In this document: piece after piece, positions 9,607 through 18,127 of the stretch | Numbering within the stretch: the first letter of the stretch is position 1 | Layout: each line of letters starts with the position of its first letter | Origin: a phage | DNA: 64,000 nucleotides | Sequence record: PV467748.1 | Direction: 5' to 3' (one strand) | The notes under the pieces: model-generated | What the model was told of the DNA's origin: nothing | Database searches by the model: none | Seen by the model: only the letters and a program-made list of their open reading frames with translations | Program-made: the position numbers and the translations under genes

Positions 9607-9792
9607 TTATTTTTCGAATGTACTATAAAACGAGCGATGTAATCGTTTAAATTGACGCATCATCTTTTTGGTAGGTCGAGTGTATAACCCTACACAGGTG
9701 GCCATAAACTGGTCAGTAGGACTTCCTTTGATAAGAAGTTTCCAGAACTTTGCGCCATTTAATTTTTCAGTATAAATCAGTTCAGTTTTCAT
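9607..9792 (-). CDS. hypothetical protein (61 aa)
   Basis: Track ORF. Confidence 0.35.
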   Translation of the reverse strand: MKTELIYTEKLNGAKFWKLLIKGSPTDQFMATCVGLYTRPTKKMMRQFKRLHRSFYSTFEK

Positions 9793-9971
9793 CAGAACGG
9801 CCTATCAGCAAAGCGAAGTTGGGCTTCAAGCCAATGGATATAATCAGCTGCAGCTTTAATCAAGCCGGATTCTTCATCAGGTAACTTACGAGAATCTGAC
9901 AATTCATAAAGTGAATGTTCAATCAGACGGCCTTTATGACGGCCAATTTCAATTTTGGTACTCATAGCCAT
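9792..9971 (-). CDS. hypothetical protein
   Basis: Track ORF 9792..9983 trimmed to the first ATG (MAMSTKIEIGRHKG...). Confidence 0.35.
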   Translation of the reverse strand: MAMSTKIEIGRHKGRLIEHSLYELSDSRKLPDEESGLIKAAADYIHWLEAQLRFADRPF

Positions 9972-10090
9972 ATTCCATATCAATTAAATCATTGTTTGAA
10001 GGTTCATTATACTCTATTTCGGAATTGTTGTAAACAGGTTCCTCTGGCTCGGTAGGTTCTATCGTATCCCACCGAGCGACATACCATGGC

Positions 10091-10399
10091 TTAACGGTCA
10101 CACCACCAACTTGACACTTCAAAATCAGGCTCGCCGTTTTCCCAATACCAAGGGCCAACTGGATGCCAATCGCCATGCTCATCTTCTTCAAATTCTTCAG
10201 ATTCTAGCCCAACGTATTGCCATTGGACTTCATAAGCAGTGCCACCGATTACAACAGTATTCTCACCATACGGATTAGCCACAACAAAATCAATACCTTC
10301 TGCTTTAGCCAACCAAACCATGTATTCATAAAGTTTATATTCTAGGTCGTCTTCAGTACCATCACCTAGAAAAATGGTCTGTTCGTTTAATCCAATCAT
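10091..10399 (-). CDS. hypothetical acidic protein (102 aa)
   Basis: Track ORF; D/E- and W-rich. Confidence 0.4.
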   Translation of the reverse strand: MIGLNEQTIFLGDGTEDDLEYKLYEYMVWLAKAEGIDFVVANPYGENTVVIGGTAYEVQWQYVGLESEEFEEDEHGDWHPVGPWYWENGEPDFEVSSWWCDR

Positions 10400-10557
10400 T
10401 TAAAGTTCCAGAATGAAGCACCAACCAGAAATAAAGGCCAACAAATCATAGACGTCAGCCACCAACAAAAGTCACCGGAATCATCTAATTTAGCTAGAGT
10501 CTTAGCATAACCAATACCGATGATAAGATACAAAACAACCAACGATAATTCAATCAT
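10397..10557 (-). CDS. small membrane peptide (52 aa), coupled to nrdC
   Basis: Hand translation MIELSLVVLYLIIGIGYAKTLAKLDDSGDFCWWLTSMICWPLFLVGASFWNFK; its ATG overlaps the nrdC stop (ATGA); below the track cutoff. Confidence 0.4.
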
Positions 10558-10817
10558 TTGAAATATGCTCGCAGTTGGTCAAAGCCGCCAATAGAAGTTC
10601 CATCAGGAGCAAATACCTGAGGCATAGTCAAACCTACTTGAGATTCACGACCAAGAGCAGCCAGGAGTTCAGAAATCTTCTCGTCATCAAATACGCCTTT
10701 TTCCGGCATCACGTTAATGAATTCGTAAGGTTGCTTCTTAACATCAAGTAGACGTTTGGCATTATCACAGAAAACACAGCGGTGAATATTTGAATCATAA
10801 CCATAAACTTTAAACAT
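10554..10817 (-). CDS. nrdC: thioredoxin NrdC
   Basis: 87-aa track ORF MFKVYGYDSNIHRCVFCDNAKRLL... near-identical to recalled T4 NrdC (CVxC active site). Confidence 0.9.
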   Translation of the reverse strand: MFKVYGYDSNIHRCVFCDNAKRLLDVKKQPYEFINVMPEKGVFDDEKISELLAALGRESQVGLTMPQVFAPDGTSIGGFDQLRAYFK

Positions 10818-10818
10818 T

Positions 10819-11070
10819 TTAAATTCCTAATACTTGTTTGAATGCTTCAGAACGGTCAAGTTCTGTTCCATATTTTTCGAGGTGTTCGTATTTTAAATCA
10901 TACACATCAGATAGTATATTATTATACGAACGAGTTAAAGCAGATTTCAATACTGAATAACTGTCCGGAAATTTACCGTGCTCTTTATAATAAGCTAGAG
11001 TAAGTTCACGAACCGCCTTATCGGCGGCCTCTACATATTCTTTACGCTTTGCCATTTTCGTCTCGCTCAA
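10819..11070 (-). CDS. hypothetical protein (83 aa)
   Basis: Track ORF. Confidence 0.45.
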   Translation of the reverse strand: MSETKMAKRKEYVEAADKAVRELTLAYYKEHGKFPDSYSVLKSALTRSYNNILSDVYDLKYEHLEKYGTELDRSEAFKQVLGI

Positions 11071-11263
11071 ATTTGTGCTTACAATGACGGCATTTATACT
11101 GAAGAGGGTTATGACGCCAATAAGTCAATTGGACCTGTTCAGTTCCACATTCAGGACAATTTGGAACATTCTTAGAAGCTCGTTCGCGACGTTCTACAAT
11201 TTTAATAATTTGATTCCAATCAGGAATACTTTGGTCGATATCATCGGCTAATTGGTATTTCAT
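11042..11263 (-). CDS. small zinc-ribbon protein (two CxxC pairs)
   Basis: 73-aa track ORF with CPEC...CRHC motif. Confidence 0.45.
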   Translation of the reverse strand: MKYQLADDIDQSIPDWNQIIKIVERRERASKNVPNCPECGTEQVQLTYWRHNPLQYKCRHCKHKFERDENGKA

Positions 11264-12270
11264 TTCAACAGCTCCAGAGCTTGTTCAAGACGGTCTAAAC
11301 GATTGGTAGACTCTTCCCAAAGTTTCTTGGCAGCGGTATATTGGCCAGCCAGTTTTTTGTTAATAGCAAGGGCATCTTTATACGCTTTTTCTAAGGCAAC
11401 GATTTCCGGTAACTTGGATTTAGTAATTGGTGTAGGAGCCATGATAGGGCTGTTCAAGTCGTTAATCAAGTCTTCTAATGTAGCAGGCTCTTTATCAGTA
11501 TTCACAATTTCCTCACATTTTTCTTGGTAAATTTCGGCGTCAGTTTTTGGAACAGGGCATTTGATTTCGCGAACTGTTACCAAAACTTCATATCCTTTCC
11601 AGCCTAAGTGGTGTTTAACTTCTTGGGTCTCATATTTCTCTACGGTATCCATCAAAGCTAAGGCTTGTTCGATAGTATTCAAGGTATCGTAAGCAATATC
11701 TTGATACTTTACAACTTCCGCATCATCTTTAGGTTTCCTATTAGGTGACCAAATAACAGAAATAATAGCTTTTCCTTTATAACTATTTGTTTTAATCATG
11801 CAATTAGCCATCGGGTGAATAGTACGGCAATCACCGGAAACTATAGTTTTAGAGGCCGCTTTGAGAATTAATGCAGAGTTAGCCTTGAATTCGCTAACCC
11901 AACGTTGCGGAAATAAACTACTAGGGTCCATACCTTTAATTTTGATATAACTATTTATGGTATCACCAAACCATTTGTAGCTAACAACACGGTTGGAACC
12001 TGGGTGTTTCTCTTTGCCAAACTCTGAAAGGATGTCCTTATTGACCAGTCGCGAAAGCAGTCGAGAACCTTTAAATGTTTTAATGATATCATGAATGCAC
12101 AAACGGCCTGCAATCTTTTCGATTTCAGCTTTGAAACAGCGCGATAATGCATCATCAATTTGGTCGACCCATTTATTGATATTAGAAACTATTACCACAT
12201 ATGGGGTTAATGGAGGGGTATTGGCAGTGATATACGTAGTAAAGGCATTGATGTATTCGGTACGGGTCAT
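11260..12270 (-). CDS. hypothetical protein (~336 aa) with C-terminal coiled coil
   Basis: Track ORF 11260..12330 trimmed to the ATG (MTRTEYINAF...) that follows the promoter cassette and SD GAGGAG; the first 20 track codons are promoter sequence. Confidence 0.5.
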   Translation of the reverse strand: MTRTEYINAFTTYITANTPPLTPYVVIVSNINKWVDQIDDALSRCFKAEIEKIAGRLCIHDIIKTFKGSRLLSRLVNKDILSEFGKEKHPGSNRVVSYKWFGDTINSYIKIKGMDPSSLFPQRWVSEFKANSALILKAASKTIVSGDCRTIHPMANCMIKTNSYKGKAIISVIWSPNRKPKDDAEVVKYQDIAYDTLNTIEQALALMDTVEKYETQEVKHHLGWKGYEVLVTVREIKCPVPKTDAEIYQEKCEEIVNTDKEPATLEDLINDLNSPIMAPTPITKSKLPEIVALEKAYKDALAINKKLAGQYTAAKKLWEESTNRLDRLEQALELLK

Positions 12271-12274
12271 GATA

Positions 12275-12329
12275 TTCTCCTCAGTAGTTGATAAAAGGAT
12301 TATACTCCATCCGTCCTTGGATGTAAACA
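12275..12329 (-). promoter_or_regulatory. early promoter cassette (-35 GTTTAC, ~18-bp spacer, -10 TATAAT)
   Basis: Plus ctcctcagtagttgataaaaggattatactccatccgtccttggatgtaaacat; degenerate family member without clear arms. Confidence 0.5.
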
Positions 12330-13223
12330 TTATTTTAGAGCTAATAGTGCCGCGCGAAGCTTGTCACGTTGGGCTTCCATATTCTTGATGCTATTCAGAA
12401 CGTCTTGAATACTCTTTTTCTCATCTTCAATCTGACCATTTAAACGGTGGATTGATTCCTGAATGCTATCTGCATAATAGGTCTCAATAGGTTTCATCGT
12501 AGGGTTAGTAACAACCAAAGAATTATCAGGTTTAATTTTCCAATGATACGGTTCTGAATTGAATGGCCTCGGCACAGCAGTGGTTTTGAATTTGTCATAA
12601 GTAGCATACTGACCTACAGGCCCATATGACGCAGTGGAGATTCGACGTTCCATTTGTGGTTCCTTTTGTTGGGATTGATAAGGGGCATAAGACAAAAGAT
12701 ATTCACGAGTTAGTTTAACATTAAAATACACCGCATCAGGCCGTCCGGAACAATCAGCATATTCATCGGTTGTAACCTTATATGATTCTACGGCCTTAAT
12801 ACGAGTCATTGCTTCTCTGAATAAGGTTTCGAATGCTTCACGAAGGGCCTTATTGCCTTTTGAGGTAGGACGGAAACGAACTTGGATACCGTCAGCCAGA
12901 ATATTAATGACTAGGTTACGAGCCGTAAAATTAATATTCTTGATATTGACAGGAACCGTAGAAATACGTCCTGCAGTAGCCAAGAGGTCTTTAATATTAG
13001 CTCGTAATGTCGCGCCAAATAAATGAGCTGGGCTACGGCAATAATCGTTCAAAGAACTAATATAAGTTCCTTTACGGCCTACGCCGTAAGTGTAGTTACC
13101 ATTACGAATCTGGCCGAAGTCGGCCAGCCGATCGATAGCGATACGACGTGTGGTATCAAAATCATATCGGGAATATTCTTTACGCGTTTTAATGTTCATA
13201 TTAAAGTCCAAATAATTTTTCAT
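12330..13223 (-). CDS. hypothetical protein (297 aa) with C-terminal coiled coil
   Basis: Track ORF; C-terminus ...EAQRDKLRAALLALK. Confidence 0.5.
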   Translation of the reverse strand: MKNYLDFNMNIKTRKEYSRYDFDTTRRIAIDRLADFGQIRNGNYTYGVGRKGTYISSLNDYCRSPAHLFGATLRANIKDLLATAGRISTVPVNIKNINFTARNLVINILADGIQVRFRPTSKGNKALREAFETLFREAMTRIKAVESYKVTTDEYADCSGRPDAVYFNVKLTREYLLSYAPYQSQQKEPQMERRISTASYGPVGQYATYDKFKTTAVPRPFNSEPYHWKIKPDNSLVVTNPTMKPIETYYADSIQESIHRLNGQIEDEKKSIQDVLNSIKNMEAQRDKLRAALLALK

Positions 13224-13401
13224 AGAATTTAGCTAAAGGCCAAGTCACAATAGAAACTATTCCAAATAAAGCAAGCACTGGCCAAATAAAGGTAGCGAAT
13301 ACTGCTTCGCCACCTGAGCTAATTTCCATATGTTTGCGGCCAATCAGAACAGTAATGAATCCTAATGCAAGGTACAGAAGAATAAAACCTGCGATTTCCA
13401 T
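13201..13401 (-). CDS. small membrane protein (66 aa, two predicted TM helices)
   Basis: Track ORF MEIAGFILLYLALGFITVLIGRK...IWPVLALFGIVSIVTW.... Confidence 0.45.
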   Translation of the reverse strand: MEIAGFILLYLALGFITVLIGRKHMEISSGGEAVFATFIWPVLALFGIVSIVTWPLAKFYEKLFGL

Positions 13402-13403
13402 AA

Positions 13404-14376
13404 TTAATCCTTAAGAAGATTTAAGATATCGATATATTTCTGGCGTTCAGCCTTAGCTTTGGCATTCAGACCAGAGAGTCGGAAAATCTCATCATCTTGT
13501 TGTTGAATTGTAACATTCAAGCAAGTAAGCAAATTGCTAAAATACTCGATTTGAGCTTGATGCTTCTCATTGCTGCGCACCGGTACAGGTTCTGGTTTAG
13601 GAGCTTGTTCTGAATGCTCCTCAGCCTGGTCTTTAATTTTATAAAGTTTAATACGCTGACCCACTCCAGTTTCGGCATCACCAAAACTAAGAACACCGCG
13701 CTGTTCTAATACAGACAGGGCCAATCGGAGATGGAACTTCCAGTTGTCATATTGACAACCACTAAAAGTTGAAATGGTATACTCATTTTCATTTCCGGGG
13801 TGGTTAACAATATTAAAGATAATCCGATCACCTGAACCATTAGTCTTAAAGGTCATTTGTTTATCTTGACCTTTTGCAAGTCGAGCACCAAGAGCCAGTA
13901 GACGTCGTTGGTTGGCATGAAGGTCTTGAACAACTTCGTCAAATGACATCGTCATCACCTGAACCATTAGTCTTAAAGGTCATTTGTTTATCTTGACCTT
14001 TTGCAAGTCGAGCACCAAGAGCCAGTAGACGTCGTTGGTTGGCATGAAGGTCTTGAACAACTTCGTCAAATGACATCGTCGGGATTAAACGTCCGTAGAG
14101 GTCATAGCCTTTGTTATAATTTTTAAGAATAATTTTGGCATTAGCACGAGACAACATACCCGTTTTACGAAGAGTTTTCATGACTCGGTCTTCTAACGTA
14201 AACGAACCTTTAGTCTTGTCAAAGATTTTAGTGAAGTCATCTTTAACAGTACAAACGTTGAACTTGTCCCACATCATATATAGAACCTTTTCAACTACTT
14301 CTTTAGTACTCGGAATACGACCAAATTTAATAACTTTTTTAACTTCAGAACGAATTTGATTAATTGCCTGTGACAT
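13404..14376 (-). pseudogene. gene split by a frameshifting 127-bp tandem duplication (two overlapping track ORFs; intact form ~280 aa)
   Basis: Track ORFs 13939..14376 and 13404..13967 both contain the 41-aa segment MSFDEVVQDLHANQRRLLALGARLAKGQDKQMTFKTNGSGD; codon arithmetic puts the two copies 127 nt apart; the first ORF ends DDVI* at the junction. Confidence 0.6.
13827..14080. repeat. perfect tandem direct duplication, 2 x 127 bp
   Basis: Copy 1 13827-13953 and copy 2 13954-14080 read identically (atcacctgaaccattagtcttaaaggtcatttgtttatcttgacc...caaatgacatcgtc). Confidence 0.8.
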
Positions 14377-14440
14377 AATAATTTCCTCAGTAAGTAATTA
14401 AGAACCTAGAACCATTATACCATCCTTGGTATAAAGCGTT
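14377..14440 (-). promoter_or_regulatory. middle-promoter-like element (MotA-box-like CGCTTTA, 12 nt, TGgTATAAT) plus conserved leader shared with 7104-7175
   Basis: Minus-strand read: AAACGCTTTATACCAAGGATGGTATAATGGTTCTAGGTTC...CTGAGGAAATTATTATGTCACAGGCAATT. Confidence 0.45.
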
Positions 14441-14964
14441 TATGCGAGAACCGTCTTTAAACGCTCTTCAAATTTCTGAAGCAGAGCTTGGCGTTCAACT
14501 CGTTGTGATTTGTACTGCTCGATACGACCTGAAGTGAGGGCGTACTGTTCGTTTACTGATTCCCGCATGAATTCAGGAATCTCTTTACAAGCTTTGATTT
14601 CGTCAAACTTATCAATAACAGCTTGTTGTTCGGCAATCAGATTATCGAAATAAGCGATATCAGATTTAACGTTTGCCAGGTCGGATTCAGTAGGCATTAA
14701 ACGTTTGTTACGTTCAGCTTGATAAGCTTGATTGTTTTCACGACTCCAGTGAAGAGTACGTTTTTTGTTAGTGTTTTTATAGAGCTCTACAATACCAACT
14801 GAATCGATGACTGCAATCCAGTTCCAACGGCTTTTGTAAATCTCTCCTCCAGATACGGTAATCTCATTACCACAAGCAACGTCGTTAAAGAACTTGCTTT
14901 GTTTTTCAGATTTGAAATTACCATTGTTAAAATTAATCAGTGAAAAAATATCTTTAGCGTTCAT
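14440..14964 (-). CDS. hypothetical protein (174 aa)
   Basis: Track ORF directly downstream of the promoter cassette 14969-15020. Confidence 0.5.
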   Translation of the reverse strand: MNAKDIFSLINFNNGNFKSEKQSKFFNDVACGNEITVSGGEIYKSRWNWIAVIDSVGIVELYKNTNKKRTLHWSRENNQAYQAERNKRLMPTESDLANVKSDIAYFDNLIAEQQAVIDKFDEIKACKEIPEFMRESVNEQYALTSGRIEQYKSQRVERQALLQKFEERLKTVLA

Positions 14965-14968
14965 GATA

Positions 14969-15020
14969 ACCTCCAGTAGTTGATAGGTCTATAGTATCAT
15001 TTCTACTGGAGATGTAAACA
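14969..15020 (-). promoter_or_regulatory. early promoter cassette (PeSL-like): -35 GTTTAC, 17-bp spacer, -10 TACTAT, perfect 9-bp arms ctccagtag/ctactggag
   Basis: Plus cctccagtagttgataggtctatagtatcatttctactggagatgtaaaca. Confidence 0.65.
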
Positions 15021-15021
15021 A

Positions 15022-15363
15022 CTAATAGAAACTTTTTTCACCTGCTTGACCACTAAACCATGCGGATTGAGTGTTCTCTTTCCGTTGGTGTTTAATACGA
15101 ATAAGGTATTCGTTCCTGATGGCGCAGAGTTCATCTCTGAAGTCGACTGCCAACTTAACCTGCTTACGGTCTAGATTTATTAAGGCCTGGGTCTTCGCGG
15201 CCAAGGCCAGTCTCTTGTAGTCTCCTTCTTCACAATCGGTTTTGTAAACCTTCTCGGCGAATTGGTGTTTAAATTCATTATCATAGTCTTCAATAGACTG
15301 TTTCATGGCATTAGAGTATTTCAACTCTGCTTTTATAAGGTCATAACTAAATTGTTCGAACAT
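15022..15363 (-). CDS. hypothetical protein (113 aa)
   Basis: Track ORF. Confidence 0.45.
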   Translation of the reverse strand: MFEQFSYDLIKAELKYSNAMKQSIEDYDNEFKHQFAEKVYKTDCEEGDYKRLALAAKTQALINLDRKQVKLAVDFRDELCAIRNEYLIRIKHQRKENTQSAWFSGQAGEKSFY

Positions 15364-15373
15364 AATTTCACCT

Positions 15374-16354
15374 TTATTTCAGAAGTGTAACTTCAGCGAT
15401 TTCGCTCCAGTCATTTTTATCGGTGGCAATGAAGTCCGCCAGATAAAGAGCCGTACGTAATGATACGTTACGAAGACGAGATACATTGGCCTTCATCCAT
15501 GCTAGAGCTTGATAAGTCTCAGCATCAGTCAGACCTCGGTTTTGCATCATATCAGTGGACAGGATAACGTCTTCAACACGAACCATAATCTCTTCATTCG
15601 AGTGAACTCCGAGGTCTAAGTAAACTGAACGAGATACTAAAGCCTGGAGGTGTGGAGCAAGTTTAGTGCCGCGTTCTAATTCACGGTCAATATCAACGTT
15701 GGTGATGAACACGATGGTGCCTTCATATTCGAATTCTTTATCGATATTTTTATCATCGAGGTAAGAACTTGAAGTGCTCCAGCACACCTTACGTTTTTCA
15801 CCGGTATCCAATGCCGCTTTTAACAGGTTCAGGATATCCATATCAGAGAATACATCGACATCATCGATAAGAAGAACACTATTAGGGCCGCGGTTATTCC
15901 AAAGCTGCTCGTAAAGACCGATTCCACTAATCTTTCCGTTGATTGATTTATATTCGATAGTTTCATTTTCGTGGGCATTCTGTAATGCTTTATCCAAAGA
16001 ATACGTTTTACCAATACCTGCGGCACCAGAGATGATAAGGGAACGAATTTTACCATCGATGATTCCGTTAGTCATCATGTTCATTACTTTAAAACGTTTG
16101 TTGATGCGGTGTTTCATTTCTTCAGCGGATTCAGTAACCACTACAGGAGCTTCAGCACCTTCCATTTCAACATCACATTTGAACACCCATATACCACGTT
16201 CAACACCATCAATCTGTACGAATACCTTGCCATCACCGAGGTGAGCTTCGGATTCATGAATTTTATTAGGGAACCAGGTTTTACCTGAACTCATGAACGT
16301 ACCAGAGATTTCATTACCGCGATAGATACCTTTGTTGATTTTGATAGTTAACAT
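15374..16354 (-). CDS. P-loop ATPase (AAA-like core)
   Basis: Track ORF 15374..16477 trimmed to the ATG (MLTIKINKG...) after SD GGAGAATATA; Walker A GAAGIGKT, Walker B VLLIDDVD, sensor-like FITN. Confidence 0.6.
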   Translation of the reverse strand: MLTIKINKGIYRGNEISGTFMSSGKTWFPNKIHESEAHLGDGKVFVQIDGVERGIWVFKCDVEMEGAEAPVVVTESAEEMKHRINKRFKVMNMMTNGIIDGKIRSLIISGAAGIGKTYSLDKALQNAHENETIEYKSINGKISGIGLYEQLWNNRGPNSVLLIDDVDVFSDMDILNLLKAALDTGEKRKVCWSTSSSYLDDKNIDKEFEYEGTIVFITNVDIDRELERGTKLAPHLQALVSRSVYLDLGVHSNEEIMVRVEDVILSTDMMQNRGLTDAETYQALAWMKANVSRLRNVSLRTALYLADFIATDKNDWSEIAEVTLLK

Positions 16355-16359
16355 TATAT

Positions 16360-16422
16360 TCTCCGTTTCACTCAGTAGATTTGATAGGTCCATAATAACA
16401 TGCTCTACGAGGTTGTAAACAC
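16360..16422 (-). promoter_or_regulatory. early promoter cassette (-35 GTTTAC, 17-bp spacer, -10 TATTAT)
   Basis: Plus ...ctcagtagatttgataggtccataataacatgctctacgaggttgtaaac. Confidence 0.55.
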
Positions 16423-16439
16423 TTTTTTGCACTAAACCC

Positions 16440-16462
16440 AAAAAAAGGACCCCGAAGGGTCC
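16440..16462 (-). terminator. intrinsic terminator (GGACCC-TTCG-GGGTCC then T7 on minus strand)
   Basis: Plus aaaaaaaggaccccgaagggtcc. Confidence 0.6.
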
Positions 16463-16686
16463 TAAATTGCGCTCCAATAATTATGGAAGCGGATATTATT
16501 GATAGCCCAGTTAATACAACGTCTTATCTGCTTAGTCGTAGGCTTGCATACGTACTTGAAATTGATTCTTCTACCGGTTTCTCTACAAACTACTTCAAGA
16601 TACCAACGACAGGTTTTATGAGGTCTTCCATATGACAGGAAAACCTTGATTTCTTCTTTAACGGTAATAAGAGTTGTGGTTGTCAA
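16462..16686 (-). CDS. small basic Cys-rich protein (74 aa)
   Basis: Track ORF; four Cys (CRW...C...C...C); overlaps the 3' end of the upstream gene by 29 nt. Confidence 0.35.
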   Translation of the reverse strand: MTTTTLITVKEEIKVFLSYGRPHKTCRWYLEVVCRETGRRINFKYVCKPTTKQIRRCINWAINNIRFHNYWSAI

Positions 16687-17668
16687 GATACACCTCTTCG
16701 ACGAACTTGTCCCAGAACTTCATGTCTACCTTCTCAGGCATACCGTTCTTAGCAGCCTGGATGGCTAGGACTTCAACCAAATCAACAGTATCTTCAAGAA
16801 GTTCTTGAACTTCTTTAAATGGTAATTCACCGGCTTTAATCAGCTTAATGATAGAGGCTTCACGCAATGGGAACACCAGGTCGCCTGTTTGGTAGATTTC
16901 CAACAATTGATACCCTGCGCGATAAGCATGGCTCAGAGCTTTCCAGTCAATACCTTCGTTAGCTTCAGCTTTACGGGCCCGTTCACCATATTCCGCATCG
17001 AGCTTATTCAGAGATTGCTTGAGCTCGATTAAAGATAAAGTAGTTTGGTACTTACGTCCAAGAACAGTATAGAACGTTTGAGGGCCTGTTTTCTCATGGT
17101 TATGGAATACCCATTCACAGAATTCGTTTTCAGGGAGTCGATGTTTGATATCTTCTACCTTAGTGCGACGTTGCTTAGTAGAACCATCTTCTTGATAATC
17201 AACCCACTGTTCAGGAATCTGGTTGACTATTGCCAGTACACCACGCAGAGCAGCCAGACGAGAACCTTTAACACCATATTTAGAAGCTTGCTTACGGACA
17301 TACCCTAAATAGGCTTTCATGTTGGTTGTATAGAACCGAGAACGGTTGTCTTGGATAAATTTCCATACATCAGGTAAATCAGATTTAACCACCATTTCAG
17401 GCGGAGTGTGGAGCATATCCAGAGCAACGGTTTCGCCATCAGCAGCCAGTTTAAAGAAATATTTCAGGCTATAAAGCTCATGGTCAACATCATCTTTAGT
17501 GTTTTTGGAAGCAGTGTTATTCGTGTTCAGGTTGGTATGGTTCATAGCCGTACCTAACAGAATATCACGCGGATGCGGAACAAAGATTTCTTTAAAATCG
17601 ATATCAGATTCCGGAGTACTTGTTCCATAAAGGTGGCTACCGAAGTAGCCCTTCATAATTGTTCTCAT
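16658..17668 (-). CDS. nucleotidyltransferase-fold protein (pol-beta superfamily motif GS-x10-SDIDF)
   Basis: Track ORF 16658..17698 starts at GTG; trimmed to the first ATG (MRTIMKGYFGSHLYGTSTPESDIDF...). Confidence 0.55.
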   Translation of the reverse strand: MRTIMKGYFGSHLYGTSTPESDIDFKEIFVPHPRDILLGTAMNHTNLNTNNTASKNTKDDVDHELYSLKYFFKLAADGETVALDMLHTPPEMVVKSDLPDVWKFIQDNRSRFYTTNMKAYLGYVRKQASKYGVKGSRLAALRGVLAIVNQIPEQWVDYQEDGSTKQRRTKVEDIKHRLPENEFCEWVFHNHEKTGPQTFYTVLGRKYQTTLSLIELKQSLNKLDAEYGERARKAEANEGIDWKALSHAYRAGYQLLEIYQTGDLVFPLREASIIKLIKAGELPFKEVQELLEDTVDLVEVLAIQAAKNGMPEKVDMKFWDKFVEEVYLDNHNSYYR

Positions 17669-18117
17669 TCTTTGTTCTCGAAGTGGATTACAGGACACAT
17701 CTTAGATTTACGAGCTTTAATGTATTGAATAACGATATTTTCTTTAGTTTCTCGGCCTTCACGCTCAGCTTGAATACGTTGCCATTCCTTTTCTTCTCTA
17801 CGGGCATCATACCATGCGTGTAAATTCATCGCACCAAATGCCAAACCGATGGATAGTGCAATAATAAGAGCTATTGTAATCAACCCTAAAGCAAACCCTA
17901 GACTCAACAGAACAGGAGTACTTAATACAAAGAAATGCTCTAATACCCCAGCGCCTGCAACAGTTAATCCAAAAAGCGTACTACCTGCAACAACAGCACA
18001 AGCAAAACAAGCCCAAACCATTTTCCAGAAATAAGCACACAAAGAGTGTGGTCGAGAATGACGGTCATAAAAACGGTCGTGTAATTTAACGTGCCAAGAG
18101 TTTGTGTTGATAATCAT
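17665..18117 (-). CDS. membrane protein (150 aa, about three TM helices)
   Basis: Track ORF with hydrophobic stretches FACAVVAGSTLFGLTVAGAGVL and LSLGFALGLITIALIIALSIGLAF. Confidence 0.5.
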   Translation of the reverse strand: MIINTNSWHVKLHDRFYDRHSRPHSLCAYFWKMVWACFACAVVAGSTLFGLTVAGAGVLEHFFVLSTPVLLSLGFALGLITIALIIALSIGLAFGAMNLHAWYDARREEKEWQRIQAEREGRETKENIVIQYIKARKSKMCPVIHFENKE

Positions 18118-18127
18118 AATATTTTCC

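Noticed and set aside
9949-10191. Track ORF 9949..10191 as a separate gene
   Set aside because: It overlaps the 3' 100 nt of 10091..10399 in another frame and has no clear RBS; coding status unresolved, so it is not listed as a feature.
11260-12330. N-terminal extensions in several track ORFs (for example the first 20 codons of 11260..12330, the first 9 of 3467..4516, the first 26 of 30270..30560)
   Set aside because: The extensions start at TTG or GTG and run through promoter and SD sequence; the first ATG after a good SD matches T4 protein N-termini where I can compare, so the shorter starts were used.
13827-14080. Interpreting the duplicated segment as an intron or a programmed frameshift site
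   Set aside because: The two copies are exact tandem repeats with no group I or II intron features and no slippery-sequence or pseudoknot context; a simple duplication or assembly artefact is more parsimonious.
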